From: a virus
Lineage: Duplodnaviria > Caudoviricetes
DNA: 64,000 nucleotides
Strand: one strand, 5' to 3'
Virus record (IMG/VR): IMGVR_UViG_3300027804_002812
Coordinates: 64,001 to 128,000 of that record
Shown: in pieces, positions 38,444 through 48,109 of the stretch
Position numbering within the stretch: the stretch's first letter is position 1
Layout: each line of letters begins with the position of its first letter
Position numbers and translations under genes: made by a program
The notes under the pieces: model-generated
What the model saw: only the letters and a program-made list of their open reading frames with translations
Database searches by the model: none
Told to the model about the DNA's origin: nothing

Positions 38444-39265
38444 ATGATTCCTGTAGATACTGAATTTTTTTCATCACCATATTATTTCTTGATGAGAGAC
38501 AAGGGAAATAAGTATTCGTTATATTTCTCTGTTGAGAATACTTTGACCGAAGCACGTAAAAAAGATGAGGTCATTCACTTCTCAAAAGAAAAAGGTGAAA
38601 AAGTAAAAAAACATTTGAAAAAAGTTGCAAAAGAAAAGAAAATCAAAGATACAAAAACTTTGAAGACTGACTTAGAGGAACTAGTAAATTCTGATGGAAG
38701 TATGTCAAACTCCAAAATTCCAATTTTGGACCCAAGATTACATCCAAGAAAAACTATGGACCAGACTGTTTCAGCAGCACGTATCACAAACGACCCAATT
38801 TCTCGTGGATATAGAACATACTACGGAGAAAGTGAAGTTAAGGAAATCGATATGTCTGGAGCTTTTGGATACGAAGAAACTGAAGACATGGACGGTAAAG
38901 AAACCTATGAATTTTTGGTTAAAGACATGGGTATGGAACCAGATGAAGCGAAGGAAAGAACAAAACAACAAGGAAAAGATCCGTCGGGTAAAAAAGATAA
39001 AAAGTCAGAATATTACGAAGACCCCAATTTCATAACAAGAGCAACTTTATCTGAAATTCAAAAACAGAAGGCAATTAAGGTGGTTGAAGATATGTTGGCA
39101 AAAAAGAAAGATTCTAATTCTGCTGACGTTGGAAAAAAGGATACCCCAAAAGATTTAGATAATTTATCTCCAGTATTGAAAAAAAATCTTCAGTCTTTAT
39201 TGAAACAAGCTGAGAAACACGGATTTTCTAAAAAAGATTTAATTAAAATAATTCAAGGTGAATAA
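38444..39265 (+). CDS. Hypothetical charged protein, putative head/internal protein
   Basis: 273 aa, Lys/Glu-rich; LTE and LSE motifs; late motif upstream. Confidence 0.45.
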   Translation: MIPVDTEFFSSPYYFLMRDKGNKYSLYFSVENTLTEARKKDEVIHFSKEKGEKVKKHLKKVAKEKKIKDTKTLKTDLEELVNSDGSMSNSKIPILDPRLHPRKTMDQTVSAARITNDPISRGYRTYYGESEVKEIDMSGAFGYEETEDMDGKETYEFLVKDMGMEPDEAKERTKQQGKDPSGKKDKKSEYYEDPNFITRATLSEIQKQKAIKVVEDMLAKKKDSNSADVGKKDTPKDLDNLSPVLKKNLQSLLKQAEKHGFSKKDLIKIIQGE

Positions 39266-39734
39266 CGATTTATATAATTCGGCAAAAGGCGAAATTGAAT
39301 TTCCATCAACCATGAGGGACCATATGAAAAAATGTTTCCACATGGTTAAAGGTGCCGATGAGAATACAGAAGGATTTAACCGTAACAAAGAATTACAGGA
39401 TAAAAATTTTATAGAGTACAAACAATTAAAAAGAATAAAAAACTTTTTTGACAATTTTATAGGTAATCATAAGGAACCTTCATTCATTTTGAATGGTGGT
39501 GTTGAAATGAAAAATTGGGTTAATAATGAGTTACGGAAAATGAGGGATTATACCAAAATGACCAAAACAAATAAAATGGATGCAGGAATGCAGAATCAAT
39601 TTATTAAACCTCATGAGAAAAAAGATTTTACCAATGTTAGACCATCACAACAACACGCAAACACCTTTAACAAATATGATGCGGCGGTAACCGAAAGTCT
39701 TAAAAGAATAAACGAAATAATGAAACAATTATAA
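39258..39734 (+). CDS. Hypothetical protein, putative head-associated
   Basis: 158 aa; ends AVTESLKRINEIMKQL. Confidence 0.45.
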   Translation: MNNDLYNSAKGEIEFPSTMRDHMKKCFHMVKGADENTEGFNRNKELQDKNFIEYKQLKRIKNFFDNFIGNHKEPSFILNGGVEMKNWVNNELRKMRDYTKMTKTNKMDAGMQNQFIKPHEKKDFTNVRPSQQHANTFNKYDAAVTESLKRINEIMKQL

Positions 39735-39736
39735 TT

Positions 39737-40030
39737 ATGGCAAACGAACTTGCAATCGATTTATCACAAGATATACCAAATGCATTGACTGCAATTGGTG
39801 ATGTGGAAAGAGCTAAATTAATCCCTAAAAACGACTATAATGCAGTTGGTAATGAATATTCATCTGTAAACAGAGACGCTGTTGCTGATGGTGATTCTAT
39901 GGGTAGAGGTACGGGAACATTTTTGGATGTTTATAATGTCAACGCTGGAACTATCACAGACGTTGTTGAAAGAAAAAATGAAATAAAAATTAACAAATTT
40001 AATTCATCAAAAACTTATCCTAACTTTTAA
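39737..40030 (+). CDS. Hypothetical protein
   Basis: 97 aa, coupled in late-motif operon. Confidence 0.5.
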   Translation: MANELAIDLSQDIPNALTAIGDVERAKLIPKNDYNAVGNEYSSVNRDAVADGDSMGRGTGTFLDVYNVNAGTITDVVERKNEIKINKFNSSKTYPNF

Positions 40031-40410
40031 TGAAATTACAAGAGACACTTAAAGGTTTAATTTGTGAAATCGCTTCTGTCGATAGCGTCGTTAACGCTAT
40101 TAAAAACAAACAGAAAGTGGTTATTTATTACGATGGTGATGAACCAGGTGGTAGAGGATTAAGAGAAATTGAACCTGTGTGTTTAGGTACAAGTAAAGCG
40201 GGAAACAAAGTATTACGAGCGTGGGATGAGGAAGGTTCATCTCACACAGCCTACAAAGGAGAACAACCTTTACCGGGATGGAGACTTTTTAGATTAGACA
40301 AAATTCTATCTCTTAAACCAACTGGAGAAAATTTCACAGAAATGAAACCAAATTTCAATCCAAATGGTGACAAAAGTATGACTTCGATTATTATTATAGC
40401 AAAATTCTAA
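40030..40410 (+). CDS. Stand-alone WYL-domain protein
   Basis: 126 aa; VVIYY...REIEPVCL...LRAW...GWRLFRLDKILSL...F. Confidence 0.75.
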   Translation: MKLQETLKGLICEIASVDSVVNAIKNKQKVVIYYDGDEPGGRGLREIEPVCLGTSKAGNKVLRAWDEEGSSHTAYKGEQPLPGWRLFRLDKILSLKPTGENFTEMKPNFNPNGDKSMTSIIIIAKF

Positions 40411-40412
40411 TT

Positions 40413-41036
40413 ATGGACCAATTAATGCAAAAACTTATGATATCTAAAGCCATTATGGATAAGACTGATGGTATCAAAAGAACTGATAATAGAGAAATGA
40501 ATTCCCCATCAAACATGGTGGAAACATTCAATATGCCACAAGCAAAGTACAATATACCTCAAGAATTCTTACAGGAACAACCTTCGATGCAACAAATGAG
40601 CCAACCTTATTTGTCATCACTACCAGTAGAAAATACCAAACCAGTTGGAGTTCCTACCATAGATGCAATTAAGAACTCAAGGCTTCCTGACGAGATTAAA
40701 AAACTCATGATGGAACATCCAATATCTCAACCACAACAGGCAAACCCAACTTTGTCAAGCGACTTGGTAGAAAGAGCCTCAAGATTGATGAAAGAAAATC
40801 CAAGTGGATATGTTCCAGAATCCGCAAAACCAAAACAACAAACACAGACATCCCAACCAACAGGAAATATTGACTACAAGGTTTTACAGAAAATGATTAA
40901 TGAAGCGGTCAACAATGCTCTAAAAGAGAATGGATTGTTAATGGAATCATCAGAAAAGACCAATGAAGTTTTTAGTTTCAAAGTAGGTAAACATATATTT
41001 GAAGGTAAGGTAACCAAGATTAAAAAGTTATCCTAA
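40413..41036 (+). CDS. Hypothetical Gln/Pro-rich protein
   Basis: 207 aa; C-term FSFKVGKHIFEGKVTKIKK. Confidence 0.5.
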   Translation: MDQLMQKLMISKAIMDKTDGIKRTDNREMNSPSNMVETFNMPQAKYNIPQEFLQEQPSMQQMSQPYLSSLPVENTKPVGVPTIDAIKNSRLPDEIKKLMMEHPISQPQQANPTLSSDLVERASRLMKENPSGYVPESAKPKQQTQTSQPTGNIDYKVLQKMINEAVNNALKENGLLMESSEKTNEVFSFKVGKHIFEGKVTKIKKLS

Positions 41037-41089
41037 CCACTTTTCTTATTTGACATAAAAACTTATACTTTGGAGTATATTCTAAATTT

Positions 41090-42310
41090 ATGTCAAAAAT
41101 TAAAGTTTTAGTTGTCCCTTCTGACCGATCTGGTGTTGGTAAATTCCGTTCGGTCGATCCACACATTTTTCTTCAAAATCAATATCCCGATGAGTTTCAC
41201 GTAGACATTGTCTATGAACCACCATACGAGGATATGAATTTTTGGACTCAATACCAAATAGTTGCTTACCATAGAAGTATTGGATCTGATTTTGATAAGG
41301 CAAACAGGTTAATCCAAATGTTAAACTCTTTAGGAGTCGTAACCGTTTGCGATATTGACGATTATTGGATGCCAGGTAAAGAACATCCTATTCACGATAT
41401 CATTCGAGTTAATAAAATTAACGAAAAGATTGTTGCCAACCTTAAGGTCTCTAAATTTGTAACAACCACTACTGAAATATTCGCCGACGAAATACGGAAA
41501 TACAATAAAAACGTTATTGTATTTCCGAACGCCATTAATCCAAACGAAGCTCAATTCAAAGAGAAAACTGAAGAATCGGACAAAGTTAGAATTGGATGGT
41601 TAGGTGGTTCATCTCACTTACATGATATTCAATTATTAGATTCAGGGTTTTCCAAACTATTACATCTCAAAGATAAAGTACAATATGTATTGTGTGGGTT
41701 TGACACTAGAGGAACTGTAACTGAAATCAATGCCCAAACAGGTGAACAAACAAAAAGAAATATTTTGCCATCAGAGACTGTATGGGCAAGATATGAAGAA
41801 ATTTTCACACAAAATTATAAAATAGTTTCAGAAGGATACAAAAATCATCTTCTAAAATATAACCAAGAAGAATACCTTGGTGATAGTGGAGAATCGTATC
41901 TCCGAGTTTGGACAAAACCAGTTACAGGTTACGCTAAAAACTATTCTAAATTTGACGTTTCCTTGTCTCCTATCAAAAACACAATGTTCAATAGAATGAA
42001 ATCACAACTCAAAGTAATTGAGGCTGGTTTCTATAAAAAAGCATTAATTGCTTCAAACATCGGACCTTACACTATTGATTTGAAACATTGCTTGGATAAC
42101 GGAAATTTTGTAGATGGAAATGCGATTTTAGTTAATGAGGCTAGAAATCATGCGGATTGGGCAAAATTCATCGAAAAATTAGTTAAGAACCCAAATCTCA
42201 TTAAGGATATGGGTGAAAGGTTGTATGAAACAGTAAAAGACAAATATGACTTGAATAACGTCACTAAGGATAGAAAACAATTTTATATAGATATTGCCAA
42301 TAAATCATGA
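41090..42310 (+). CDS. GT-B fold (GT4-like) glycosyltransferase
   Basis: 406 aa; DIDDYW, FPNAI, RIGWLGGSSHLHD, FDVSLSP...FNRMKSQLKVIEAG. Confidence 0.75.
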   Translation: MSKIKVLVVPSDRSGVGKFRSVDPHIFLQNQYPDEFHVDIVYEPPYEDMNFWTQYQIVAYHRSIGSDFDKANRLIQMLNSLGVVTVCDIDDYWMPGKEHPIHDIIRVNKINEKIVANLKVSKFVTTTTEIFADEIRKYNKNVIVFPNAINPNEAQFKEKTEESDKVRIGWLGGSSHLHDIQLLDSGFSKLLHLKDKVQYVLCGFDTRGTVTEINAQTGEQTKRNILPSETVWARYEEIFTQNYKIVSEGYKNHLLKYNQEEYLGDSGESYLRVWTKPVTGYAKNYSKFDVSLSPIKNTMFNRMKSQLKVIEAGFYKKALIASNIGPYTIDLKHCLDNGNFVDGNAILVNEARNHADWAKFIEKLVKNPNLIKDMGERLYETVKDKYDLNNVTKDRKQFYIDIANKS

Positions 42311-43008
42311 TAAACATACCTTTAGACAAACTACTTTTTATTGATATTGAAACAGTTGGAATTGAGTCCAATTGGGAAACATTGAGGAAAAACAGGCCTG
42401 AACTTTCATCTATTTTTATAAATTATCTTGATTGGTTTCAAAAAAGATTTCCTGAAGACTCAACATTATCTATTGATAGTATCTTCTATAACCGTTCTGC
42501 ATTAGTTCCCGAATTTGCAAAAATTGCTTGTGTAAGTGTTGCCTTTGTCACCGACAAAGGTGAGACAAAGATGCAATCATTTAGTAACGAAAATGAAAAA
42601 GATTTGTTACAAGAAGTTCAGAAACTTTTACGTAGGGTTGGAGAATTAGGATTTTTCCTTTGTGGTCACAATGTCAAAGGATTTGATATTCCTATGTTGG
42701 CAAAAAGAATGATTATTAATGGATTATTACCCCCCAAAATATTACCAGGTCATGACACTAAACCATGGGAAATTAAGGCATTAGATACCAAGGAACTTTG
42801 GCAATACGGTGGATATGGTACGATTGCATCATTAGAATTGATGTGCGTTTCTATGGGTGTCGAATCTTCAAAAAATATGGAGATAAAAGGAAATAAGGTA
42901 CATGAAGCGTATTGGATAAATAAAGACATCAAAGGTATAGTAGAATACTGTGAAAAAGATGTGTTGGTATTGATTGATGTCATAAAGAAAATTACAACAT
43001 TAGTATGA
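42307..43008 (+). CDS. PolB-like 3'-5' exonuclease (DEDD, DNA_pol_B_exo2-like)
   Basis: 233 aa; FIDIETV, GHNVKGFDIP, KPWE..LDT.ELW, YCEKDV. Confidence 0.8.
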   Translation: MINIPLDKLLFIDIETVGIESNWETLRKNRPELSSIFINYLDWFQKRFPEDSTLSIDSIFYNRSALVPEFAKIACVSVAFVTDKGETKMQSFSNENEKDLLQEVQKLLRRVGELGFFLCGHNVKGFDIPMLAKRMIINGLLPPKILPGHDTKPWEIKALDTKELWQYGGYGTIASLELMCVSMGVESSKNMEIKGNKVHEAYWINKDIKGIVEYCEKDVLVLIDVIKKITTLV

Positions 43009-43928
43009 AAGTTTTAGTTACTGGGTCTAATGGATTAGTTGGGTCACCATTCAAAGAATTATTAGGTGAAGGTCACATATATCATACTAGACAAGATGTT
43101 GATTTGACCGATGAAAAATTAACCAAAGAATATATTACCTATCATGTTAAAAATTCGGGAGTAGATACAATCATAAATTGTGCAGCAAAAGTTGGAGGGG
43201 TTCAAGCCAACATTATGGACAATGAAAACTTTTTTTTACAAAATTATATAATAAATAATAATGTTATAAATTCGGCATTCGAAAATAACATTAAAAATTT
43301 TGTAAATTTATCCTCCACTTGTATATTTCCTGATTCAGATGTAACATACCCTCTTACTCCAGACCAAATGGATTTAGGTGCCCCTCACCCATCAAATAGA
43401 GGATACGCATATTCTAAGAGGATTTCAGGTTATCAGACAAAAATATTCAGACAATTAACAGGAAATAATTGGTTTACCGTTGTTCCGGCTAATGTTTACG
43501 GACCACACGATAATTTCCATCCTGATTATAGCCATATAATTCCAGGAATTATTCAACGAGCATACAATTGTAAACACAAAAATGAAGAGTTCATTGTTTG
43601 GGGAGATGGGTCACCTTTAAGACAATTTATTCATTCTGAAGACCTTGCAAAAAATATTTTATGGGCAATCGATAATTGGAATAATGAAACTCCATTTATG
43701 GCAGTCAACGAACTCGAATATTCGGTTATGGACATTGTTAATATCGTTACAAAAAAATTTGAGATTTACACAGATAAAATAATTTTTGACGAAACAAAAC
43801 CAAGAGGACAATTCAAAAAAACTGCAACATCAGATGTCCCTAAAGATTATGAGTACATCAACATTGAACAAGGTATTAACGAAACCATTGATTGGTTTAT
43901 TAAAAATTATGAAATAGCAAGAAAATGA
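43005..43928 (+). CDS. fcl: GDP-L-fucose synthase-like epimerase/reductase
   Basis: GSNGLVG, AAKVGG, SSTCIFP (Cys), YAYSK (Tyr/Lys), SHIIP (His), WGDGSPLRQF. Confidence 0.8.
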   Translation: MKVLVTGSNGLVGSPFKELLGEGHIYHTRQDVDLTDEKLTKEYITYHVKNSGVDTIINCAAKVGGVQANIMDNENFFLQNYIINNNVINSAFENNIKNFVNLSSTCIFPDSDVTYPLTPDQMDLGAPHPSNRGYAYSKRISGYQTKIFRQLTGNNWFTVVPANVYGPHDNFHPDYSHIIPGIIQRAYNCKHKNEEFIVWGDGSPLRQFIHSEDLAKNILWAIDNWNNETPFMAVNELEYSVMDIVNIVTKKFEIYTDKIIFDETKPRGQFKKTATSDVPKDYEYINIEQGINETIDWFIKNYEIARK

Positions 43929-44539
43929 CAAACGAAAATTCAAATGATGCCGATATTTGGAAACAAATACAAGAAACATTTAACCAAATCAAACAAGACG
44001 CAGGAGTTGAACCTGAAGAAGACTACATGAAAGAATTGGAAAATATTTTGGGAATGTCTGTTGATGAAATGAATGAATCCCACATGATAATGATGAAAAC
44101 AAAATCATTAGGTGTAGAATTAGTTCATGAAGATGCAAAAGTTCCCTCATATGCGTATCCATCAGATTCAGGTTTTGATTTACGTTCAACTGTAGAAATA
44201 AACATACCTCCATTCGGTCGAGCACTAATTCCGACAGGTATTAAACTATCAATTCCTGAAGAGCATGAAATTCAAATTAGACCTAAAAGTGGACTAGCTA
44301 TCAATATGGGACTTACAGTCTTAAATACACCTGGTACAGTCGATTCAGGTTATGTCGGAGAAATTCAAGTTATTGTTTTCAACACCAACAATCATTCTGT
44401 TACAATTTCTAAAGGAATGAAAATTGCACAAGCGGTTTTATGTCCTGTAGTAAATGGTAAATACGTTGAGTTTGAATTGGTCGATAAAGTTGGTGATAAA
44501 GATAGGGGGAATAAAGGTTTTGGGAGTACTGGATTATGA
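43925..44539 (+). CDS. dut: Trimeric dUTPase with acidic N-terminal extension
   Basis: SGFDL, IRPKSGLA, NTPGTVDSGYVGEI, KIAQ, RGNKGFGSTG. Confidence 0.92.
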   Translation: MTNENSNDADIWKQIQETFNQIKQDAGVEPEEDYMKELENILGMSVDEMNESHMIMMKTKSLGVELVHEDAKVPSYAYPSDSGFDLRSTVEINIPPFGRALIPTGIKLSIPEEHEIQIRPKSGLAINMGLTVLNTPGTVDSGYVGEIQVIVFNTNNHSVTISKGMKIAQAVLCPVVNGKYVEFELVDKVGDKDRGNKGFGSTGL

Positions 44540-46161
44540 TAACCGTAGGATATTCAACTAGAGAAACTAAACCTGAATTTATTGAGTATCTCAAGAAAAG
44601 TTCAGGGTTCAAAAAACTTGAAGTTATTGAGAAAGTCAATAATGGGAAAAAATCCCTTGCCCAAGTTTATAACGAAATCTTATCTGAAGCAAAGACAGAT
44701 ATAGTTCTTCTTTGCCACGATGACATATATTTTGACACACCCGCTTGGTATAGCAAACTCCTTAAACATTTCGAAAAAACCGATTTCGGTATTATCGGAA
44801 TGGCGGGTACTACTTTAATGCCATCAGGAGGAATGTGGTGGGAGAATAGAAAAAGAATGGTTGGTATTGTTAATCATGAAAAAGATGGAAAAAAATGGGA
44901 ATCAAAATATGCCGATTCTTTAGGTAATACTGTTCATGAGACTGTTATTGTAGACGGATTATTTATTGCAGTACATAAGAAAAGAATAAAAAAACCATTC
45001 AATGAAGAGTTCAATGGGTTTCACTTTTATGACATTCCATTCTGTCTCGAAAATCATTTGGAAGGTGTAAAAGTTGGTGTTATCACTAATATTAGAATGA
45101 CTCACAAGTCAATTGGAGAAACTAATCAACAATGGGAAGAAAACCGTAAAATCTTTGAGGAAAAGTATAAATCACATCTACCACTTAAATTACTTCTCAA
45201 CCCAAATAAAAGACTTAAAGTTTTAATCAGTTGTTTGTTCTTTAGAACATTCACGGGTTCAGAATTATATGTTTATGAGTTAGCAAAGAACTTAATGAAA
45301 CTAAATTGTGAGGTCACAGTCTTATCTCAAATTGGTGGGCCATTAACGGAACTAGCAAAAAAACAAGGAATTAAATGTGTTCCATTCGAACAAGCACCAG
45401 GGTTCAAATTAGGTGATGGTAAGTGGGGAGTCCAAACTGAAAATGGGATACAGACATCACAACCAAACGTAATGTATCGTATAGGTACGGTAAATTTTGA
45501 TATTATTCATATGCAACATAAACCAGTTGCTGAAAGAATGGTTCAATTTTATCCTGAAATCGATAAGGTATATTCTATACACTCTGAAGTAATAGAATTG
45601 GAAGATCCAATCAAACACGAATCAATCAAAAAATACATTGCAATCAGGCCTGAAATTAAAGATCACATTGTTGATAAATTCGAAATCGACGAAAATATGA
45701 TTGAAGTAATATATAATCCAGTTGATAATGAAAAATTCAAATCCAAATCAGTAAAAGAAGAAAATTATGTATTATTTGTTGGGACGATAGATTATCTACG
45801 TAAAGAAACAATTATGGATTTGATTGACTATACTGCGGATAATGGTAAGGAACTTTGGTTAGTTGGAGAAGATAAATCAAATTATCTTCCGGCAATCTTA
45901 TCAAACTCCCATGTTAAACATTTTCCACCAACATGGAATGTGGAACCATATGTTCAAAAGTGTTCTGAAACTGCGGGTATTCAATTAGGCCGAACGACTA
46001 TAGAAGGATGGATGTGCGGAAAACCAAGTTGGATTTATAAGGTTGATTCGGGAGGGTTCATTCTCTCAAAAGAAAAATTTAATCCTCCAACAGACATAGA
46101 AAAATATTATTCAGTAAACGTCGCAACAAAAATAAAAGAAGAATATAAAAAAGTGTTATAA
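44536..46161 (+). CDS. Bifunctional glycosyltransferase (N-term GT2-like + C-term GT4-like)
   Basis: 541 aa; LLCHDDIYF...VDGLFIAV...FHFYD; TGSELYVYELAKNL...IYNPVD...LGRTTIEG. Confidence 0.75.
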   Translation: MITVGYSTRETKPEFIEYLKKSSGFKKLEVIEKVNNGKKSLAQVYNEILSEAKTDIVLLCHDDIYFDTPAWYSKLLKHFEKTDFGIIGMAGTTLMPSGGMWWENRKRMVGIVNHEKDGKKWESKYADSLGNTVHETVIVDGLFIAVHKKRIKKPFNEEFNGFHFYDIPFCLENHLEGVKVGVITNIRMTHKSIGETNQQWEENRKIFEEKYKSHLPLKLLLNPNKRLKVLISCLFFRTFTGSELYVYELAKNLMKLNCEVTVLSQIGGPLTELAKKQGIKCVPFEQAPGFKLGDGKWGVQTENGIQTSQPNVMYRIGTVNFDIIHMQHKPVAERMVQFYPEIDKVYSIHSEVIELEDPIKHESIKKYIAIRPEIKDHIVDKFEIDENMIEVIYNPVDNEKFKSKSVKEENYVLFVGTIDYLRKETIMDLIDYTADNGKELWLVGEDKSNYLPAILSNSHVKHFPPTWNVEPYVQKCSETAGIQLGRTTIEGWMCGKPSWIYKVDSGGFILSKEKFNPPTDIEKYYSVNVATKIKEEYKKVL

Positions 46162-46952
46162 TGGATAGAATTATTGATTACAAAAATTTATCAAGTAAAA
46201 TCCAAGAATGGATTTTATCCTATGTAGTTAAAAACAATATTACAACTTTAGTTGTGGGAGTTTCTGGTGGTATTGATTCTGCGGTTGTATCAACGTTATG
46301 TGCAGAAACAGGACTGCCTACTTTAGTTCTTAATTTACCATTAAACTCATCCCAAAAGAACACAGAATTATCTGACAAACATATTTCGTTCTTATGTTCA
46401 AAATATGATAATGTTCATGGTTATACTATAGATTTATCAAAAACATTTCAAGAATTCAAATCTAATGTACTTTTTGAAAAAGAATTCTATTCTGAATTAG
46501 GATTTGCAAACACTAAATCAAGATTACGTATGATGGCGTTGTATCAAATCGCATCCTCAAGAAATGGGATTGTTGTTGGTACTGGAAACAAAGTTGAAGA
46601 TTTTGGAGTCGGATTTTACACTAAGTATGGAGATGGTGGAGTTGATATCTCTCCTATCGCAGACTTATATAAAACTGAAGTTAGAAATTTAGGTCGACAT
46701 TTAGGGGTAATTACTGAAATCATCAATGCGGAGCCTACTGATGGATTATGGGAAGATAACCGAGTGGATGAAGTTCAAATTGGAGCAACCTATGAAGAAC
46801 TTGAATGGGCGATGGAAAGAGGTGTAGCTAAACAAAATTACAGTGAAAAAGAATACAAGATTATTGAAACTTTTTTAAGTTTTAATAAAAAAAATAAACA
46901 TAAAATGGTTTCTATACCAATTTTTGATTTGAAAGAAAACGAAATTATATGA
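46161..46952 (+). CDS. nadE: NH3-dependent NAD+ synthetase
   Basis: VGVSGGIDSAV, ANTKSRLRM, GTGNKVE, FYTKYGDGGVD, YKTEV, EPTDGLW, IGATYEELE. Confidence 0.93.
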   Translation: MDRIIDYKNLSSKIQEWILSYVVKNNITTLVVGVSGGIDSAVVSTLCAETGLPTLVLNLPLNSSQKNTELSDKHISFLCSKYDNVHGYTIDLSKTFQEFKSNVLFEKEFYSELGFANTKSRLRMMALYQIASSRNGIVVGTGNKVEDFGVGFYTKYGDGGVDISPIADLYKTEVRNLGRHLGVITEIINAEPTDGLWEDNRVDEVQIGATYEELEWAMERGVAKQNYSEKEYKIIETFLSFNKKNKHKMVSIPIFDLKENEII

Positions 46953-48109
46953 AGATAGGTATCATAGGTGCCGGAAGATTAGGACTCACATTTGCACTAT
47001 TATGTGAAAAAGCAGGATATGATGTTATTGTATCAGATAAACGTGAGGATTATGTTTATAACTTAAATCATAGGATTTGTAACACTAATGAACCATTAAT
47101 TCAAAAAATGTTGTTTGAAGTTAATTACTTCAGTGCAACTACAAGTAATGTTGAAATTATTGAAAACTCTGATATTATATTTACCTTTGTCGCAACTCCA
47201 TCCACTACTGACGGAAGTTATAACACGTCAGCCGTTTTTGAGGTGGTAAATGATTTTTTTGCTGCGTCCAAATTAGAAATCCCTATTTTTAATAAAAAGT
47301 TTATTGTTGGTTGTACAACTAATCCTGGTGATGTGGAACAAATCCAAAATAAACTTTCAATGTTCAGCATTCAAGTTGCATATAATCCGGAATTTATTGC
47401 TCAAGGAGAAATTGTTAAAGGGATAGAACAATCAGATATAGTTTTAATTGGAACTGAATACCAAGAACTTGCAAATGAATTGATTCAAATATATGACAAA
47501 ATACAAACCACGCCAGTTAACGCACATGTCATGTCTCCAAAGGCTGCTGAAATTACAAAAATTGGTATTAATTGTTTTTTGACAACTAAAATTAGTTATG
47601 CCAATATGATGGGAGATATTTTGACAAAATCGAATTTGAGTAATGAAATTGATTCTGTATTAAATGCTGTTGGTGGTGATAGTCGTGTTGGAAAAAAATA
47701 TATGAAATATGGATTTGGATTTGGTGGGCCATGTTTACCAAGAGACAATCGAGCTTTGGGTCATTACGCCAATGAACTTGGGTTGAAATTAAATCTACCG
47801 CTTACAGTAGATGAATTTAACAAAGAGCATGCAGAATTTATTAAGAACTTTTACATGAATCAAAATCCAAACAAAAGTGTACCATTCGTTATGAACTACA
47901 TAACATACAAGAGAGGAACAGATATTTTGGAAGAATCACAACAATTCAAATTGTGTTTGGATTTATTAGAGGAAGGGTATTACGTTAATGTGATTGAAAT
48001 CGATCCAGTAATTAAACAACTTTCCGAGTTGAGTGAACAATTTGATAATAGATTAAAATTCTATAAACCGGGAACCTCTCCTGAAGGTTATGTAATCAAC
48101 TTACAATGA
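46949..48109 (+). CDS. UDP-glucose/GDP-mannose 6-dehydrogenase family protein
   Basis: GIIGAGRLG, FVATPS, YNPEFIAQG, AEITK, GFGFGGPCLPRD. Confidence 0.85.
   Translation: MKIGIIGAGRLGLTFALLCEKAGYDVIVSDKREDYVYNLNHRICNTNEPLIQKMLFEVNYFSATTSNVEIIENSDIIFTFVATPSTTDGSYNTSAVFEVVNDFFAASKLEIPIFNKKFIVGCTTNPGDVEQIQNKLSMFSIQVAYNPEFIAQGEIVKGIEQSDIVLIGTEYQELANELIQIYDKIQTTPVNAHVMSPKAAEITKIGINCFLTTKISYANMMGDILTKSNLSNEIDSVLNAVGGDSRVGKKYMKYGFGFGGPCLPRDNRALGHYANELGLKLNLPLTVDEFNKEHAEFIKNFYMNQNPNKSVPFVMNYITYKRGTDILEESQQFKLCLDLLEEGYYVNVIEIDPVIKQLSELSEQFDNRLKFYKPGTSPEGYVINLQ

Noticed and set aside
39737-40030. Faint R..L..KN.Y resemblance between the 97-aa protein and the N-terminus of the 1709-aa protein
   Set aside because: Too short and degenerate to support by eye
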